64,000 bases of DNA from Dehalococcoidia bacterium (GCA_965261935.1 OZ253485.1:472388-536387); one strand, 5' to 3'; shown: positions 19,348 through 30,187, counted from the first letter of the stretch. The notes: generated by a model from the sequence alone, not told the origin. Numbers and translations: made by a program.

Positions 19348-20559
19348 CTACACCACGACCAGGTTCCGGGGTAGTGGCGAGAGCACCTCGAGCCGTTCCT
19401 CGGTCATCAGGAACGTGTCTATGTAGGCTGCGCCGCTTCCGCCCGGCCAGTCCTCCCAGACGTCGAACTGGTTCTCGAAGTTGAGCATCATACCCGCCTC
19501 GAAGGGCCGGTCCACGCCGTCCGCACCGGGCACGAAACGATGGGTGCCCACCCAGTCCGGCGGGATCGCTATGCCGGTCGCGTAGCCGCCGACGAACCAC
19601 ACGTACTTACGTATGCCGACGTCGTCAATGTACTCGTTGCCGACCTTCTGAACCTTGGAAAGTGGATCGCCGGGTTTGACCGCGTCCAATATGGCATCTA
19701 CGCAGCCGGCGGACTTGTCCATGAGGTCCACCCACCGCGGGTCCGGCTCGCCAAGCGAGAAGGTGCGGTTCACGTTCACGTGATAGCGATGGTAACAGCC
19801 GCTAAAGTCCACGAACACCAGGTCTCCCTGTTGCACCTGCCGTAAGGAGGGCGGGCTGTGGTGCGTTCCGGCGCGCGGCCCGGAGCCCAGCATTGTCCTG
19901 ATGCCGGGGTAGCCGCCGCCCTGGCTCATCATGGTGTGCATGATCACGGCCTCGATCTCCGTTTCGGTGACGCCCGGCCTGATGGCGTCCCGCGCGGCCT
20001 CCATTGCGGCGTCGCCTATCTCGGAGGCCTTCCTGACCACCTCGACTTCGAGAGGCGACTTAATGAACCTCAGGTCCTCCACGATCATCGAACCATCTAC
20101 CACGGTGGCGCCGCCCTGCTTCAGGCGGTCTCCAAGGGCTTCGAGGACCGTTGCGTGAGGCGAGTAGCTCCAACTCTGCAAGGCGATGGTCCCGCCAGCG
20201 ATGCCCCTGTCTTTTAGGGCCCCCGCGATGGCCTCAATGTTGTCTTGAAAGCTGCCGCGTTCGAACCAAACGATCTCTCTTATTTCAGGCGTCGTCGAGA
20301 TGATCGTGGTGTGGCCTTTGCCGTCGAAGAAGACCGTGCCTTCCTTGTCCGCAATCACGAGGACGCCGGTCAGGCACCTGAGGTGGTACCAGATCATGTC
20401 GTAGGCGGTGAGGTATGTGATGTCCTCGGGAATCGTAACGTAGATAGCGTCTATTCCCTGGTCTGAGAGCGATTGACGGACGTTGTCCACTCGGGTCTTG
20501 TACTCTTCGGGCGGGAACGCTTGGGGCCAATCGACTTGCTTGCGGAGATACTCTTGCAT
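19348..20559 (-). CDS. M24 family pita-bread hydrolase, creatinase/ectoine hydrolase-like
   Basis: Creatinase N-domain plus LRFIKSPLEV. The catalytic region DFSGCYHRYHVNVNRT / GYATG lacks the canonical metal-binding Asp and His. Confidence 0.8.
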   Translation of the reverse strand: MQEYLRKQVDWPQAFPPEEYKTRVDNVRQSLSDQGIDAIYVTIPEDITYLTAYDMIWYHLRCLTGVLVIADKEGTVFFDGKGHTTIISTTPEIREIVWFERGSFQDNIEAIAGALKDRGIAGGTIALQSWSYSPHATVLEALGDRLKQGGATVVDGSMIVEDLRFIKSPLEVEVVRKASEIGDAAMEAARDAIRPGVTETEIEAVIMHTMMSQGGGYPGIRTMLGSGPRAGTHHSPPSLRQVQQGDLVFVDFSGCYHRYHVNVNRTFSLGEPDPRWVDLMDKSAGCVDAILDAVKPGDPLSKVQKVGNEYIDDVGIRKYVWFVGGYATGIAIPPDWVGTHRFVPGADGVDRPFEAGMMLNFENQFDVWEDWPGGSGAAYIDTFLMTEERLEVLSPLPRNLVVV

Positions 20560-21373
20560 TTGCTCTTCCCTCCTAGCGGTTTGGTTGCGGTGGGGCGTCT
20601 GAGTGAGTTAGACGACTTGCCTGTGTTAAAGGCCATGATATGCCAACGGCCTGTGACTCAACAACACAGGATTGAATGCCGCCAACTGTTCAGAACTAAT
20701 GGGATTCGGCCTGTCCGCGGCGAGCCTGTCGGAACCCAGCGGGCGTCGACTGACAGCTAGCGCTGAGTCCCTCGAAGGGACAGTACCTCCCACAAGGCTC
20801 TATTGAGCTTGCCGAACAGCTTAGAGTGAACAAATCTACAACGCCTGGCGTCTGAACAAGTACGGTAGCTCCTGACTGGGTAGAGAGGGTCGATGTGGTT
20901 GCCCTACTAAACTGGCGTCACACATTACCTTCAGCGAACGCGTGTGCTACCATGGTTGTGTGTACACCGAAACGCACTACAACGCTGAAAGCGCGCCATC
21001 CCATGGGGGATGCATGGATGAGCCATGGTATGTGTCTTCGACCACGCCCCGGCGGCCGCCTTTGGCCACTAATGGCCGCCTGTGGAAGACCTAATGCCGT
21101 TCCTCAGGTTTGAATTGGCCGCATGTGGCAGGATTCGGCGGCCACGCGTTGCCGGCTCGGACTCCGAAGCAGCAGATGCCCGCTATCGTCTCTATTAGGA
21201 TTCGAACCGCCTCGATGCAGGTTCGTTCCCGCTCAAAGGGTGCCTGGGGACGGTCTAGTGATTCATGCGCTCCTGGCTACGAATCAACGCAACAATGGAC
21301 AAAATGAGATAGATGTCCCTATTGAACGGCCTGCCGCAGGAAGCTGGAACGTCTTTCAGCGCACCTACGGACC

Positions 21374-21416
21374 CGTATCCTTTCGGACTTCCTGTCAGCA
21401 ACTCCGAAAGGATACG
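21374..21416. other. Perfect 14-bp inverted repeat upstream of the SelA-like gene
   Basis: CGTATCCTTTCGGA-N15-TCCGAAAGGATACG. Confidence 0.7.
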
Positions 21417-21510
21417 AATGCCGCCAACTCGATGAAATGGGCGGGCAGCGGGTGTAAACTACCCGCGGCGACAGGCAGATAAATGGGACTAAACAGCTAA
21501 GGAGTTAACC

Positions 21511-22629
21511 ATGGCGTCAGCAGGCGAGAATGTCTACTCGAGGATCGGCGCTCGCCCGGTTATCAACGCGGCCGGCAACACAACCGTATGGGGAGGCTCA
21601 ACGCCTTCGAGCACTGTTCAGCAGGCGATGGAACAGGCTAACGCGAGCTTCGTCGAAATGGAGGAGCTGCTGAAGAAGTCAGGCGACTACATTGCGAACT
21701 GCCTTGGTGTGGAGGGCGCGTACGTGGCGTCGGGCTGTTATGCGGCTCTGGCCCTCAGCACTGCAGCGTGCATGACCGGCTCCGATCCGGAATTGAGCGC
21801 CCGGCTACCGGACACCGAGGGAATGAAGAATGAAGTCGTGCTGGCCAAGCCACAGGAGTACACGTACGACCGCAGCTACACTGTGTCCGGCGCCAAGCTG
21901 GTCTGGGCAGGCGACGACGAGGGGGCCAGCCTGGAAGCGTTCGAGCAGGCGATCGGGCCCAACACCGCAGCAGTGGCCTACCTCGTGCGAGGTGAGCCGG
22001 ACTCTAATGTTGCGAGCCTGGCGGAGGTAGTGGAGCTAGCCCGCAGCCAAGGTGTGCCCGTTATTGCAGACGCTGCTGCGCAGATCTATCCGACCGACTA
22101 CTTCGTCAGAAACGCTCAGGCGGCCGATCTTGTCTGCTTCGGAGGCAAGTACATGGGCGGACCGCAGTCGTCCGGGTTCGTCTGCGGACGCGGTGACCTC
22201 ATCGACGCCGTGACGCACCATGGTTTCATCTCCCACAAGTCCGTGGGCAGGGGCATGAAGTTGGACAGGCAGGAGATTCTGGGCCTGGTTGCCGCCCTTG
22301 ACGAGTGGTTCACGATGGACCACGAAGAGCGTCTGATCGGGTACGGTGCGAGGTTCACAGCGATCGAAGATGGACTTCGGGGCGTCTCAGCCATCAAGTC
22401 TATCGACACGGTCAGCACGACCTCCTACTGGGGGGTGGGCCTTACCGTTTCGCTTGACACGGGGACGCTCGGAAAGTCGGCGCCGGACGTGGCGGCCGGA
22501 CTCCTGGCCGGGTCGCCCCGCGTGCGAATGGATGCCGTAGACGACAACACGCTGCGGGTGTGCGTACACAACCTCAGCGAGGGAGACGAGCACATAGTGG
22601 CGGAGCAGCTGAGGTCTGCTCTGACCTAG
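21511..22629 (+). CDS. SelA-like PLP-dependent enzyme (DgaE/D-glucosaminate-6-phosphate ammonia-lyase-like)
   Basis: RPVINAAG, IADAAAQ, PLP-lysine motif FGGKYMGGPQSSG and VGRGMK. Lacks the long N-terminal domain of true SelA. Confidence 0.82.
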   Translation: MASAGENVYSRIGARPVINAAGNTTVWGGSTPSSTVQQAMEQANASFVEMEELLKKSGDYIANCLGVEGAYVASGCYAALALSTAACMTGSDPELSARLPDTEGMKNEVVLAKPQEYTYDRSYTVSGAKLVWAGDDEGASLEAFEQAIGPNTAAVAYLVRGEPDSNVASLAEVVELARSQGVPVIADAAAQIYPTDYFVRNAQAADLVCFGGKYMGGPQSSGFVCGRGDLIDAVTHHGFISHKSVGRGMKLDRQEILGLVAALDEWFTMDHEERLIGYGARFTAIEDGLRGVSAIKSIDTVSTTSYWGVGLTVSLDTGTLGKSAPDVAAGLLAGSPRVRMDAVDDNTLRVCVHNLSEGDEHIVAEQLRSALT

Positions 22630-22639
22630 GTTCTGCGAT

Positions 22640-22660
22640 CAGCAACGCCAGAAGTTGCTG
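22640..22660 (+). terminator. Possible terminator hairpin
   Basis: CAGCAAC-N7-GTTGCTG 11 nt after the stop; the U tract is weak. Confidence 0.35.
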
Positions 22661-22769
22661 GACTTCACATTGAACGCGCGCGAGTGACAGTCGGCGCCGC
22701 GAATGGCGGGACGGCACTGCCTTCCGCAACGAGCGACGCCGATGTTACTATGTCGACTGTCCGCCTAGT

Positions 22770-22842
22770 GGGGCTGTAGCTCATCTGGGAGAGCGCTTCA
22801 ATGGCATTGAAGAGGTAGGGGGTTCGAGTCCCCCCAGCTCCA
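22770..22842 (+). tRNA. tRNA-Ala(GGC)
   Basis: Acceptor stem GGGGCTG/CAGCTCC, anticodon arm CTTCA-ATGGCAT-TGAAG, T loop GTTCGAGTC and discriminator A. CCA is not encoded. Confidence 0.97.
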
Positions 22843-22969
22843 CTCTCACCCCTTTTCACGCGTCTTCACGGGGGTCCATGCTGTCTCAATAAAAGCCTTT
22901 ATCTTATCTGTAAGGTGTCTCAGTAAGCCCCAGCGGGCCTCACGTAGAGTCATGGCATCGCACGCCTCG

Positions 22970-22989
22970 TGTGGTACAGTATGTGGTAC
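22970..22989 (+). promoter_or_regulatory. Paired integrase arm-type sites
   Basis: TGTGGTAC direct repeats at 22970 and 22982 (12-bp period) just upstream of the integrase. Confidence 0.65.
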
Positions 22990-23021
22990 ACATATTGGCA
23001 CACGACAGGAAGGGGGACGCC

Positions 23022-24176
23022 ATGGCCAAGCTATCCCATGCCCGGGTGAAGGCGCTCAGGGAGCCGGGACGTTACGGCGACGGAGACGGTCTCTACCTCA
23101 CCGTCAGGGCCGGCGGGTCAAAGTCATGGATACTCCGGGCCGTCATCGACGGACGGCGCACCGACATCGGCCTTGGTGGTTACCCCGCAACGGGACTCGC
23201 ACAGGCCCGCGTGAAGGCGCAGGAACTCAAGTCCTCCATAGCCGGCGGCATGGATCCGGTTTCAAACGGTGAATCGTCCTCGATACCCACGTTTGCAGAG
23301 GCGACGATGGCGGTGCTGGAGATGAACCGTCCAAGGTGGAAGTCGGACAAGCACTCCACCGTGTGGCTGCAGTCGCTGGAGCGACATGCGATGCTCAAGA
23401 TTGGGGATAGGCGCATCGATCGGATAGACCAGGCGGACGTGCTGGATGTGCTGAAGCCAATCTGGACAGAGATACCGGAGACCGCTCGGCGTGTCAGGCA
23501 GCGGATGCGTACGGTGTTCCGGTGGGCTATGTCCCACAAGTACATCGAACATAACCCGGCTGGGGAGACGATAGACGGTGCGCTGCCCAGGATGCCGAAG
23601 GTGAAGAACCACCTTCGTTCGCTGCCTTACGCGGAGGTGTCCAATGCGCTGAGGCTCGTTGAAGAGTCTCCGGCATCGTTGTCGTCGAAGCTGTGCTTTC
23701 GGTTCTTGGTGCTGACGGCTGCTCGTAGCGGCGAGGCCAGGGGAGCGGTGTGGGACGAGATCGACCTTGACGGAGGAGTGTGGGAGATTCCCGCTGAGAG
23801 GATAAAGGGAGGCGAGTTGCACCGTGTGCCGCTGAGCCGTCAGGCGGTGGAGGCGCTCAGGGAGGCCCGCGTCCTACGCGACGGCTCCGGTCTGGCGTTC
23901 CCGTCGCCGATGCTGGCTGGCCGTGCGCTGTCCAACGTGACGCTCACGAAGATACTGAGAGCGATCAAGCTGGCCGAAAGATCTACGTGCCACGGGTTCA
24001 GGACGTCGTTCAGGACATGGACGCTGGAGCAGACGGATGCTCCGTGGGCCGTGGCTGAGGCTGCGCTTGCGCACGGGTTGGGGAACCAGGTCGAGAAGTC
24101 ATACGCCCGGTCCGACCTGTTCGACAGGAGACGGGATCTGATGCAGGCATGGGCCGACTACATCCTGCCGACGTAG
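23022..24176 (+). CDS. P4-like tyrosine integrase with an arm-DNA-binding domain
   Basis: YGDGDGLYL..GSKSW..IGLG.YP N-domain; catalytic LTAARSGE, HRVPL, HGFR, LAH and YARS. The start is placed at MAKLSH after an AGGGGG RBS. Confidence 0.95.
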   Translation: MAKLSHARVKALREPGRYGDGDGLYLTVRAGGSKSWILRAVIDGRRTDIGLGGYPATGLAQARVKAQELKSSIAGGMDPVSNGESSSIPTFAEATMAVLEMNRPRWKSDKHSTVWLQSLERHAMLKIGDRRIDRIDQADVLDVLKPIWTEIPETARRVRQRMRTVFRWAMSHKYIEHNPAGETIDGALPRMPKVKNHLRSLPYAEVSNALRLVEESPASLSSKLCFRFLVLTAARSGEARGAVWDEIDLDGGVWEIPAERIKGGELHRVPLSRQAVEALREARVLRDGSGLAFPSPMLAGRALSNVTLTKILRAIKLAERSTCHGFRTSFRTWTLEQTDAPWAVAEAALAHGLGNQVEKSYARSDLFDRRRDLMQAWADYILPT

Positions 24177-24688
24177 GGGCTGGGAGGACAGGAGGCGCCC
24201 GGCGGGCGACCGAAGACATATTTCGCGGGGTGTACGGTCTCACATCGTGCGTTTGCGCTGTCCTCATTGGCTGGAGGAAGACTGGCAATCCATGCCATGA
24301 TATCGCTCTCTCGCCATGCGACCGAGTTGGGTCCTATCCTCACCGACTGAGGGAACAGGCCCTCTTTCATGAGCCTGTAGATAGTCTTATCGGTGATCCC
24401 CACGATTTGCACGACCTCCCACATTCGCAGCAGCCGGTCCTTGCCGATCTTGTCGTCCCCTCCGCCATAGCGGGGTGGCCTCGATAGAACAGCGACTGGA
24501 AAAGCGGCTATCGTCTTGAACAATCCCTTGTTCGACGCTAGCCCCGACCGACGTACGAGTAATCCACCGGACTGAGAGATGTTCCTCTGAGCGGCCTCTA
24601 CCGCGGCTCCGCGGTAGCATCGACCTGTTTCACCTTCGAGACCGGAGGCTGGGCCGTCTGACTCAAGGCGGTCTGTGATGTTTCTCAT
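24158..24688 (-). CDS. AlpA-family phage regulator/excisionase (domain in the C-terminal half)
   Basis: LLRMWEVVQIVGITDKTIYRLMKEGLFPQSVRIGPNSVAWRESDIMAWI; AGGAGG RBS before the ATG at 24688. Confidence 0.75.
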   Translation of the reverse strand: MRNITDRLESDGPASGLEGETGRCYRGAAVEAAQRNISQSGGLLVRRSGLASNKGLFKTIAAFPVAVLSRPPRYGGGDDKIGKDRLLRMWEVVQIVGITDKTIYRLMKEGLFPQSVRIGPNSVAWRESDIMAWIASLPPANEDSANARCETVHPAKYVFGRPPGASCPPSPYVGRM

Positions 24689-25209
24689 GTTGTTCCTCCT
24701 GGTCGTTGTCGGCGCCTTGGCGCTGCCCATGCTCGAAGTCTCAATTGCGATCCGTTGCTAAAGTCGTCAGGGAAATGTTGCGCAGCGCACTCCAGGTCTG
24801 TTCTGTTGGCGCGCCAGCGTTAGGTGATGGCTGCCTTTATGAGACATGAAAGCCCCGGGAGAGTTGGCGTCCATCTCGAAAGGACTCGATGCCAGAAACA
24901 CGTCATCGACTTGAGGCACAACCCCGGTTACATGGTGCGTCCACGTCAGCGGCGGCGATTTGCCATCCGTAAGCCGCCGGCGCGTCGTCGATCGATTTGC
25001 GCCGAGGGCATGGTTACAACTGTCCGCCGTCAGCGGGCGTTCCATTGGCGCACTGCCTCCAGCCCATGCAGGGTTAGCGGCATCGCGCAGCGAACGCCAG
25101 CCGCATCTGCGTGATTCTCGAGCTAGCGTTCGAATCGCCTTGGGTCTTACTGCAGCACCTTCGATACAACGATACCACCGCAACAAGCAGATTTGTTGAA
25201 ACTGCTGTC

Positions 25210-25333
25210 TAGGGTGGGGCGATCTTGTGCCGTGGGGCGGAAACTTGCCTTCATCAATCAGTTTGTAGATTGAAGCGCGGCTCAGTCTGGTAATCTCCTC
25301 AACCTCTCGACGTCGTAACAGTTTCTCTCGCAT
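25210..25333 (-). pseudogene. Second AlpA-family regulator, truncated
   Basis: MREKLLRRREVEEITRLSRASIYKLIDEGKFPP, after which similarity is lost. Confidence 0.65.
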
Positions 25334-25559
25334 TGCCATCACCTTTTCGCACGACTGGGGACTCAACAATGTCCCTGTGCGAGAAGTCTAGAACGACGCG
25401 ACGACCCATATTGGGTCATTAAGTAAGGAGTTTTCCAAGAAGTCGTGTCGGGAGTGGCCCATGTGCGTGAGCCTATGGCCTCCGCCGGACGGCCCCCTGC
25501 TTCCACCAGGACACGAATGCGTGCGTGCACACTGGTTTCGGAGTACTGAGGGAGGCGGC

Positions 25560-26273
25560 CTACTTCTGGCCTGAAAGGGGACCTGGTGGAAGCAGCGGGC
25601 CAACCTTCGCTCGGGCCTCGATGTCATACACCAGACCGGTGCGCTCGGACATGGCCTCCAGGTGCCTGCGCAACACGGGCTCCAGGGGAATTTCCCATAT
25701 GCGCTTTTTCCATATGCGAGTCACGTTGTATTCTTTGAGACCCGGTGCCTTCGCTACGATTCGACATCCGGAGACCTCGTCGCCTTGCGGCGCCACTCCG
25801 ACCCTGTGTAGGACCTCAATGGCGAAGTTAATCTCGACGTCACGCAAGAAGTTTGCCGAGTTGACCGGCCGATGTGCCGACAAGGTCTTCCGGGCGGGAT
25901 AAGACCTGCGACCGCACGCAATCTCGACCCACCACTTCAAGAGCAGATCAGGGAAGCCTTTGTCTCCGGCAACAAGGATATGCGAAATGCGGTACAGGGC
26001 GCCGAAGTAGTCTGGATTGGTCTCGGAGAGCTCAATATAGGCTTTTAGGACGCGAGTCTTGCTCCCCTTGGAGTCGTACAGCCAGTGGAGTACCAGGGCT
26101 TCTGTGACCTCCAAGGACTCATATACAGGGTCGAACGGGCGTGTGCTCCGGGCTCTGGCCAGCAGACGCCTCGCAACACAGAGGCCCTCCCGGTGGGAGG
26201 GACGACGTCTGCTGTAGGTGGATTCAAATCGCTTCTTACGCCTCTTACGCCGATCCGCCCGTCGGTACAGCAC
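25560..26273 (-). CDS. Hypothetical protein with a possible C-terminal HTH
   Basis: Protein-like composition; SGCRIVAKAPGLKEYNVTRIWK is HTH-like. The start is uncertain. Confidence 0.45.
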   Translation of the reverse strand: MLYRRADRRKRRKKRFESTYSRRRPSHREGLCVARRLLARARSTRPFDPVYESLEVTEALVLHWLYDSKGSKTRVLKAYIELSETNPDYFGALYRISHILVAGDKGFPDLLLKWWVEIACGRRSYPARKTLSAHRPVNSANFLRDVEINFAIEVLHRVGVAPQGDEVSGCRIVAKAPGLKEYNVTRIWKKRIWEIPLEPVLRRHLEAMSERTGLVYDIEARAKVGPLLPPGPLSGQK

Positions 26274-26275
26274 AG

Positions 26276-26617
26276 TCAGGTGTCAAACGCCAGGCACTTA
26301 AGTTCGCGAGTGCCCGACCACAGATCTCTGGTCTCGGCTCTGATGTGGTCCACGACGGCCTCGCGCTCAGCTTCTCTATCTCCCCGCAAAGAGGCCCGGT
26401 GTAGGCGTGTCTTCGCATCCTTGATTTCGGGACCGCCGGTCCCGAATCCCTGAGGGTCCAGGGCGAACTCCTCAATGGCCTGCAGGCGCTTATCGACGAC
26501 CCACCGTAGGTAGGAAGCCGCCTCGGCCTCTCCTGTCTGTAACAAGCCCACTCCCCGTTCCCTCCTGTAGATGGTCCTTCCTTTGCCTCGCTCGACACCT
26601 GGGTCCTGGAAGGTCAA
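26276..26617 (-). CDS. Hypothetical protein
   Basis: 113-aa ORF directly upstream of 25560-26273 on the same strand. Confidence 0.35.
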   Translation of the reverse strand: MTFQDPGVERGKGRTIYRRERGVGLLQTGEAEAASYLRWVVDKRLQAIEEFALDPQGFGTGGPEIKDAKTRLHRASLRGDREAEREAVVDHIRAETRDLWSGTRELKCLAFDT

Positions 26618-28339
26618 TTGGCACGTTTTACGCCCTAACGGACGTACCTCAGGTCGACTGCAATGCCCGCGCGGGCCTCCGACGGTGCCCGGTCTGCGGT
26701 ATGCTCAACCCAGCCACGGCGGTTCGAAAGCCCACACATTGAGATTGGTCATGTTGCCGGTTCAGCCGCCCCCGCTTTCAAGCGCTCGGATGGCTCCCTG
26801 GGGAAACCCTTCCAATCGTAGCACGGCGTCTGCGCGATTCGGTCTTGGCGCGCAAGCCGGCGGGGCCTGCAAAGTGAAGGGTCACGAGAACGCCCGTAGA
26901 GCGCCTCGAATGCGGCGAGATGTACCCGACCTGAATGCCCCTTGGAACGGCGGAATAGAGGCTCCAGCGGCCAATGCGCGGAGTTGCGGGCCTCCAACTA
27001 ACCCCGCTGGGTGTCCGGATGCGTGACAGCTGACCGGAGCCATGCGGATGAGCACGGCGTCCATGACCTCGAGGAACAGTAGGATCGACAGGGAAGATGC
27101 CGCCTCCGGCCAAGATCTTGAGTAGACGGTTAACTGCTCGGACCAGCGCAGTTCCTGGGCGACAGTGTTGAACGTGCCATGGTCTGAACGTTCTGTATGA
27201 CTGTGCGTATGACCCTGGAGTGACTGTTCGCAATGTCAGGCATCTCGAGAGGTCGGCGCTCCGATCCGCCGAACTATGTCGGTAGATTGGCCCCGGCCTT
27301 TTCTCAAGACATCTGGACACAGATGCCGGTTGTTGAGCCTCTCGGTGGTTGTCATGTCAATCCAGGGTCTTGCGGAACTCGTCTTGGAGTAGTTCGGCGC
27401 CGGCCAAGCGAATGGTGTTCGAGTCGGAACGAATGCCCCAAGCGACTTGATCACAACGCCCGGCGCGTGCCAACGAAATCAGACGGCGAAGTGCGGGGCT
27501 TCATTACCAATCGCCACTAGCGTCGCGCCACCCTGCCACGTTCCCGCTGCTGTAGTTGGCCATGCAGCGCGCGGGCCTGCCTGCAATCGCGACAAGAGCC
27601 CGCCTGCCCGCGGAGAGATTGCTCACCCTGGTGAGTGACGAGTGCCTGCTCGCATCCGTCATGAAGACCCGTATGCGTACGAAGAGAAGGCGGAGCTGGT
27701 GGTTTCGCGGGCCCGGTCGCACAACCCAAGAGAATCATGCAGGGTAGGCGCCGGGCCGGTGCTGCATGTTGCCGCGTATGGCCAATGTCCTACCTGAAAC
27801 CCTTATAAATAAATATATATTCAGTGGCTCTGTCTTTTTTTCAGGCTTGTTTTCGTGCTTGTCTACGCCTGTGCCTCAGGCATTGACAGTCCATCAGTTG
27901 GGCTGCTGAGAGACGAGAGCGCAACGCTCTCAGAGTGCACGTTAGACGCTTGGCCAAGAGCTAGCGCCGAATGGGATTCGAGCTTCTCGCAAGCAATACG
28001 CCGCCGGTTCCGGCACCGTTATGGTGACCGGGCCTGTAGGCGGGCTGATACTTCCACATCGCGGGGCGTACATGGGCGCGCGCAGCCCCGTGTCTTTGAG
28101 GTTGCCAGCATGTGGCTGCTGTCGAGTGCTCGGCTCGTTCTACGTTGGCCAGGCAGTAGTCGCTGGCCTTTTCCACAGTTTTTTTCGCGTCTCACAAGGA
28201 GGCTACTGTAGCCAGTCTATTGAAATGCAGCTGAAGTTTCGCCTGCCACCCGGGCAACCGGCGCAGCGGCCACAGTCACACCCTCAGACGCAACTGCCCT
28301 TCGTCGACTTTGGCCGGGACGTTTTTTCTACGGTCTGGC

Positions 28340-29979
28340 TGTTGTTGCTCAGCGATTAAGTCCTCGCTAACTGTCAAGCGAAAATGTCCGCATGAAGGAG
28401 CATGTGACATTGACACAGAAAGAGCAGACGAGGCTTCAGGTTCTCAACAGTTTGGTGGCGGACCATATGACCACGGAGCAGGCAGCCACGTTGATGGGAG
28501 TGAGCGCGCGCCACACCAGGCGTATTCTGGCGGCTTACAGAAGGGACGGCGCAGCCGCACTCGCTCACGGCAATCGAGGTCGCAGACCGGCCAACGCTAC
28601 ACCGGACCCGTTGGCGACCGACGTGGTGGTCCTGGCGCGGACCCGATACGCGGGAGTCAACCACACGCATTTGAGCGAACTGCTGAGGGAGCGAGAGGGC
28701 ATAGACATCGGACGTAACACATTGCGCAAGATACTGACCGACGCCGGTGTGAGCAGCCCCCGCCGTCGAAGGCCGCCGAAGCATCGTGTTCGACGGCAGC
28801 GGATGGCCCGCGAGGGGATGCTGATACAGATCGACGGCAGCTACCACAGATGGCTGGGAGAAGATGGCCCCCAGTTCACGTTGCTGCTGGCGGTCGACGA
28901 CGCTACCGGCTGTGTCGTCAACGCCCTGTTCTGCGAGTTGGAGAACACCCGCAGCTACTTACTGCTGATGCGGATTCTGATACGGAGCTACGGCATACCT
29001 CTCGCACTCTATTCAGACCGCCATGGCGTCTTCAAGCACACGCCGCCGTCAGAGACCGCCTCCACCCCCACCCAGTTCTCTCGCGCGATGGGTGAGATCG
29101 GCGTACAGCTGATATTCGCACGGTCGCCGCAGGCCAAAGGCCGAGTGGAACGCGCCGCGGGCACACTTCAGGACAGGTTGGTCACGGAGCTGAGGCTCGC
29201 AGGCTCGACCACCATCGATGACGCCAACCGCGTGCTCAACGACTTCCTTCCCCGCTTCAATGAACGTTTTGGTGTGCCGTCGCAACACGCAGACACCGCG
29301 TATCGGGTCCTGGATCCGGGGACGTGCCTGGACACAGTCCTATGCCTGAAGTACAGGCGCCGGGTTGGCCGGGACAACACTGTGAAGTACCGCTGGCGCA
29401 CCCTGCAGTTGCTTCCCGATCAGGCTCGACCGAGCTTTGCCGGGTCGGCGGTGGAAGTGCTCGAAGCACTGGACGGCCGGCTGTCAGTGCAACACGAAGG
29501 GCGTATCGTCGCCTCCCAGGAAGCGCCTCCGCGACCAGGTATCCTGCGCAGCTTCGGCACGCGGACCGTACACACGACCGGTCCCAGCCGCTACACCAAC
29601 GGTGTCATCAGGAGGCCGGAGGACGAAGTGGAGTCAATGGGCACAATGCTCGAAGCGGACAGACTCCGCGACGATGCCGACCGCAACGGCGCCGCAAGAG
29701 TTCGCAGGACTGTGACTCCGCGACCCAGAAAGCCCACCCCACTACAGACGGCGAGATGGAAGGCGGTGCAGAAGGCGAAACGCAAGGGCCTGTCCATCCG
29801 TGGGATCGCCCGGGAAGTGGGCATCCACCGGGACACTGCAAGGAAGTACATGAATGCCGAAACCCCACCCATGGCGCGCTCGCGCAACGTCGGAAGTACC
29901 GTAATCAGCTAGCATGGCAATCTACTCAGAGGACATTTTCCCTTGGCACTTAGGCGGACATAATCGCTGAGCGTCGACA
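28340..29979 (+). mobile_element. IS481-like (TGT...ACA) insertion sequence, intact copy
   Basis: Imperfect inverted repeats TGTTGTTGCTCAGCGATTAAGTCC / TGTCGACGCTCAGCGATTATGTCC. 7-bp target duplication GTCTGGC at 28333-28339 and 29980-29986. Confidence 0.85.
28392..29912 (+). CDS. DDE (rve) transposase with N- and C-terminal HTH
   Basis: QIDGSYH, LAVDDATG, YSDRHGVF and PQAKGRVER; the C-terminal GLSIRGIAREVGIHRDTARKY is an HTH. Confidence 0.92.
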   Translation: MKEHVTLTQKEQTRLQVLNSLVADHMTTEQAATLMGVSARHTRRILAAYRRDGAAALAHGNRGRRPANATPDPLATDVVVLARTRYAGVNHTHLSELLREREGIDIGRNTLRKILTDAGVSSPRRRRPPKHRVRRQRMAREGMLIQIDGSYHRWLGEDGPQFTLLLAVDDATGCVVNALFCELENTRSYLLLMRILIRSYGIPLALYSDRHGVFKHTPPSETASTPTQFSRAMGEIGVQLIFARSPQAKGRVERAAGTLQDRLVTELRLAGSTTIDDANRVLNDFLPRFNERFGVPSQHADTAYRVLDPGTCLDTVLCLKYRRRVGRDNTVKYRWRTLQLLPDQARPSFAGSAVEVLEALDGRLSVQHEGRIVASQEAPPRPGILRSFGTRTVHTTGPSRYTNGVIRRPEDEVESMGTMLEADRLRDDADRNGAARVRRTVTPRPRKPTPLQTARWKAVQKAKRKGLSIRGIAREVGIHRDTARKYMNAETPPMARSRNVGSTVIS

Positions 29980-30187
29980 GTCTGGCGGATGCGGGCGCCT
30001 ACGTTCGCGCCCGCGTCCTGCGGTGTTTTCATACACCCCTTGCGCGTCTACCACCAACCTTGGAACAATTATCTGCCTCAAGTCCCTCTCATACACACAT
30101 GGGAATCCAAGTGGCCTGACCCTTCTCAAGCTTTCCGATTCCCTGCTGGGACGGGCCGTTTCTGTCGGGTCGATTCCAATGCTGAGA

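Noticed and set aside
21511-22629. True selenocysteine synthase SelA
   Set aside because: It is too short, lacks the N-terminal tRNA-binding domain, and has no selB, selC or selD nearby.
22665-22859. ORF MKRGESGAGGTRTPYLFNAIEALSQMSYSP
   Set aside because: It is the reverse-complement translation of tRNA-Ala.
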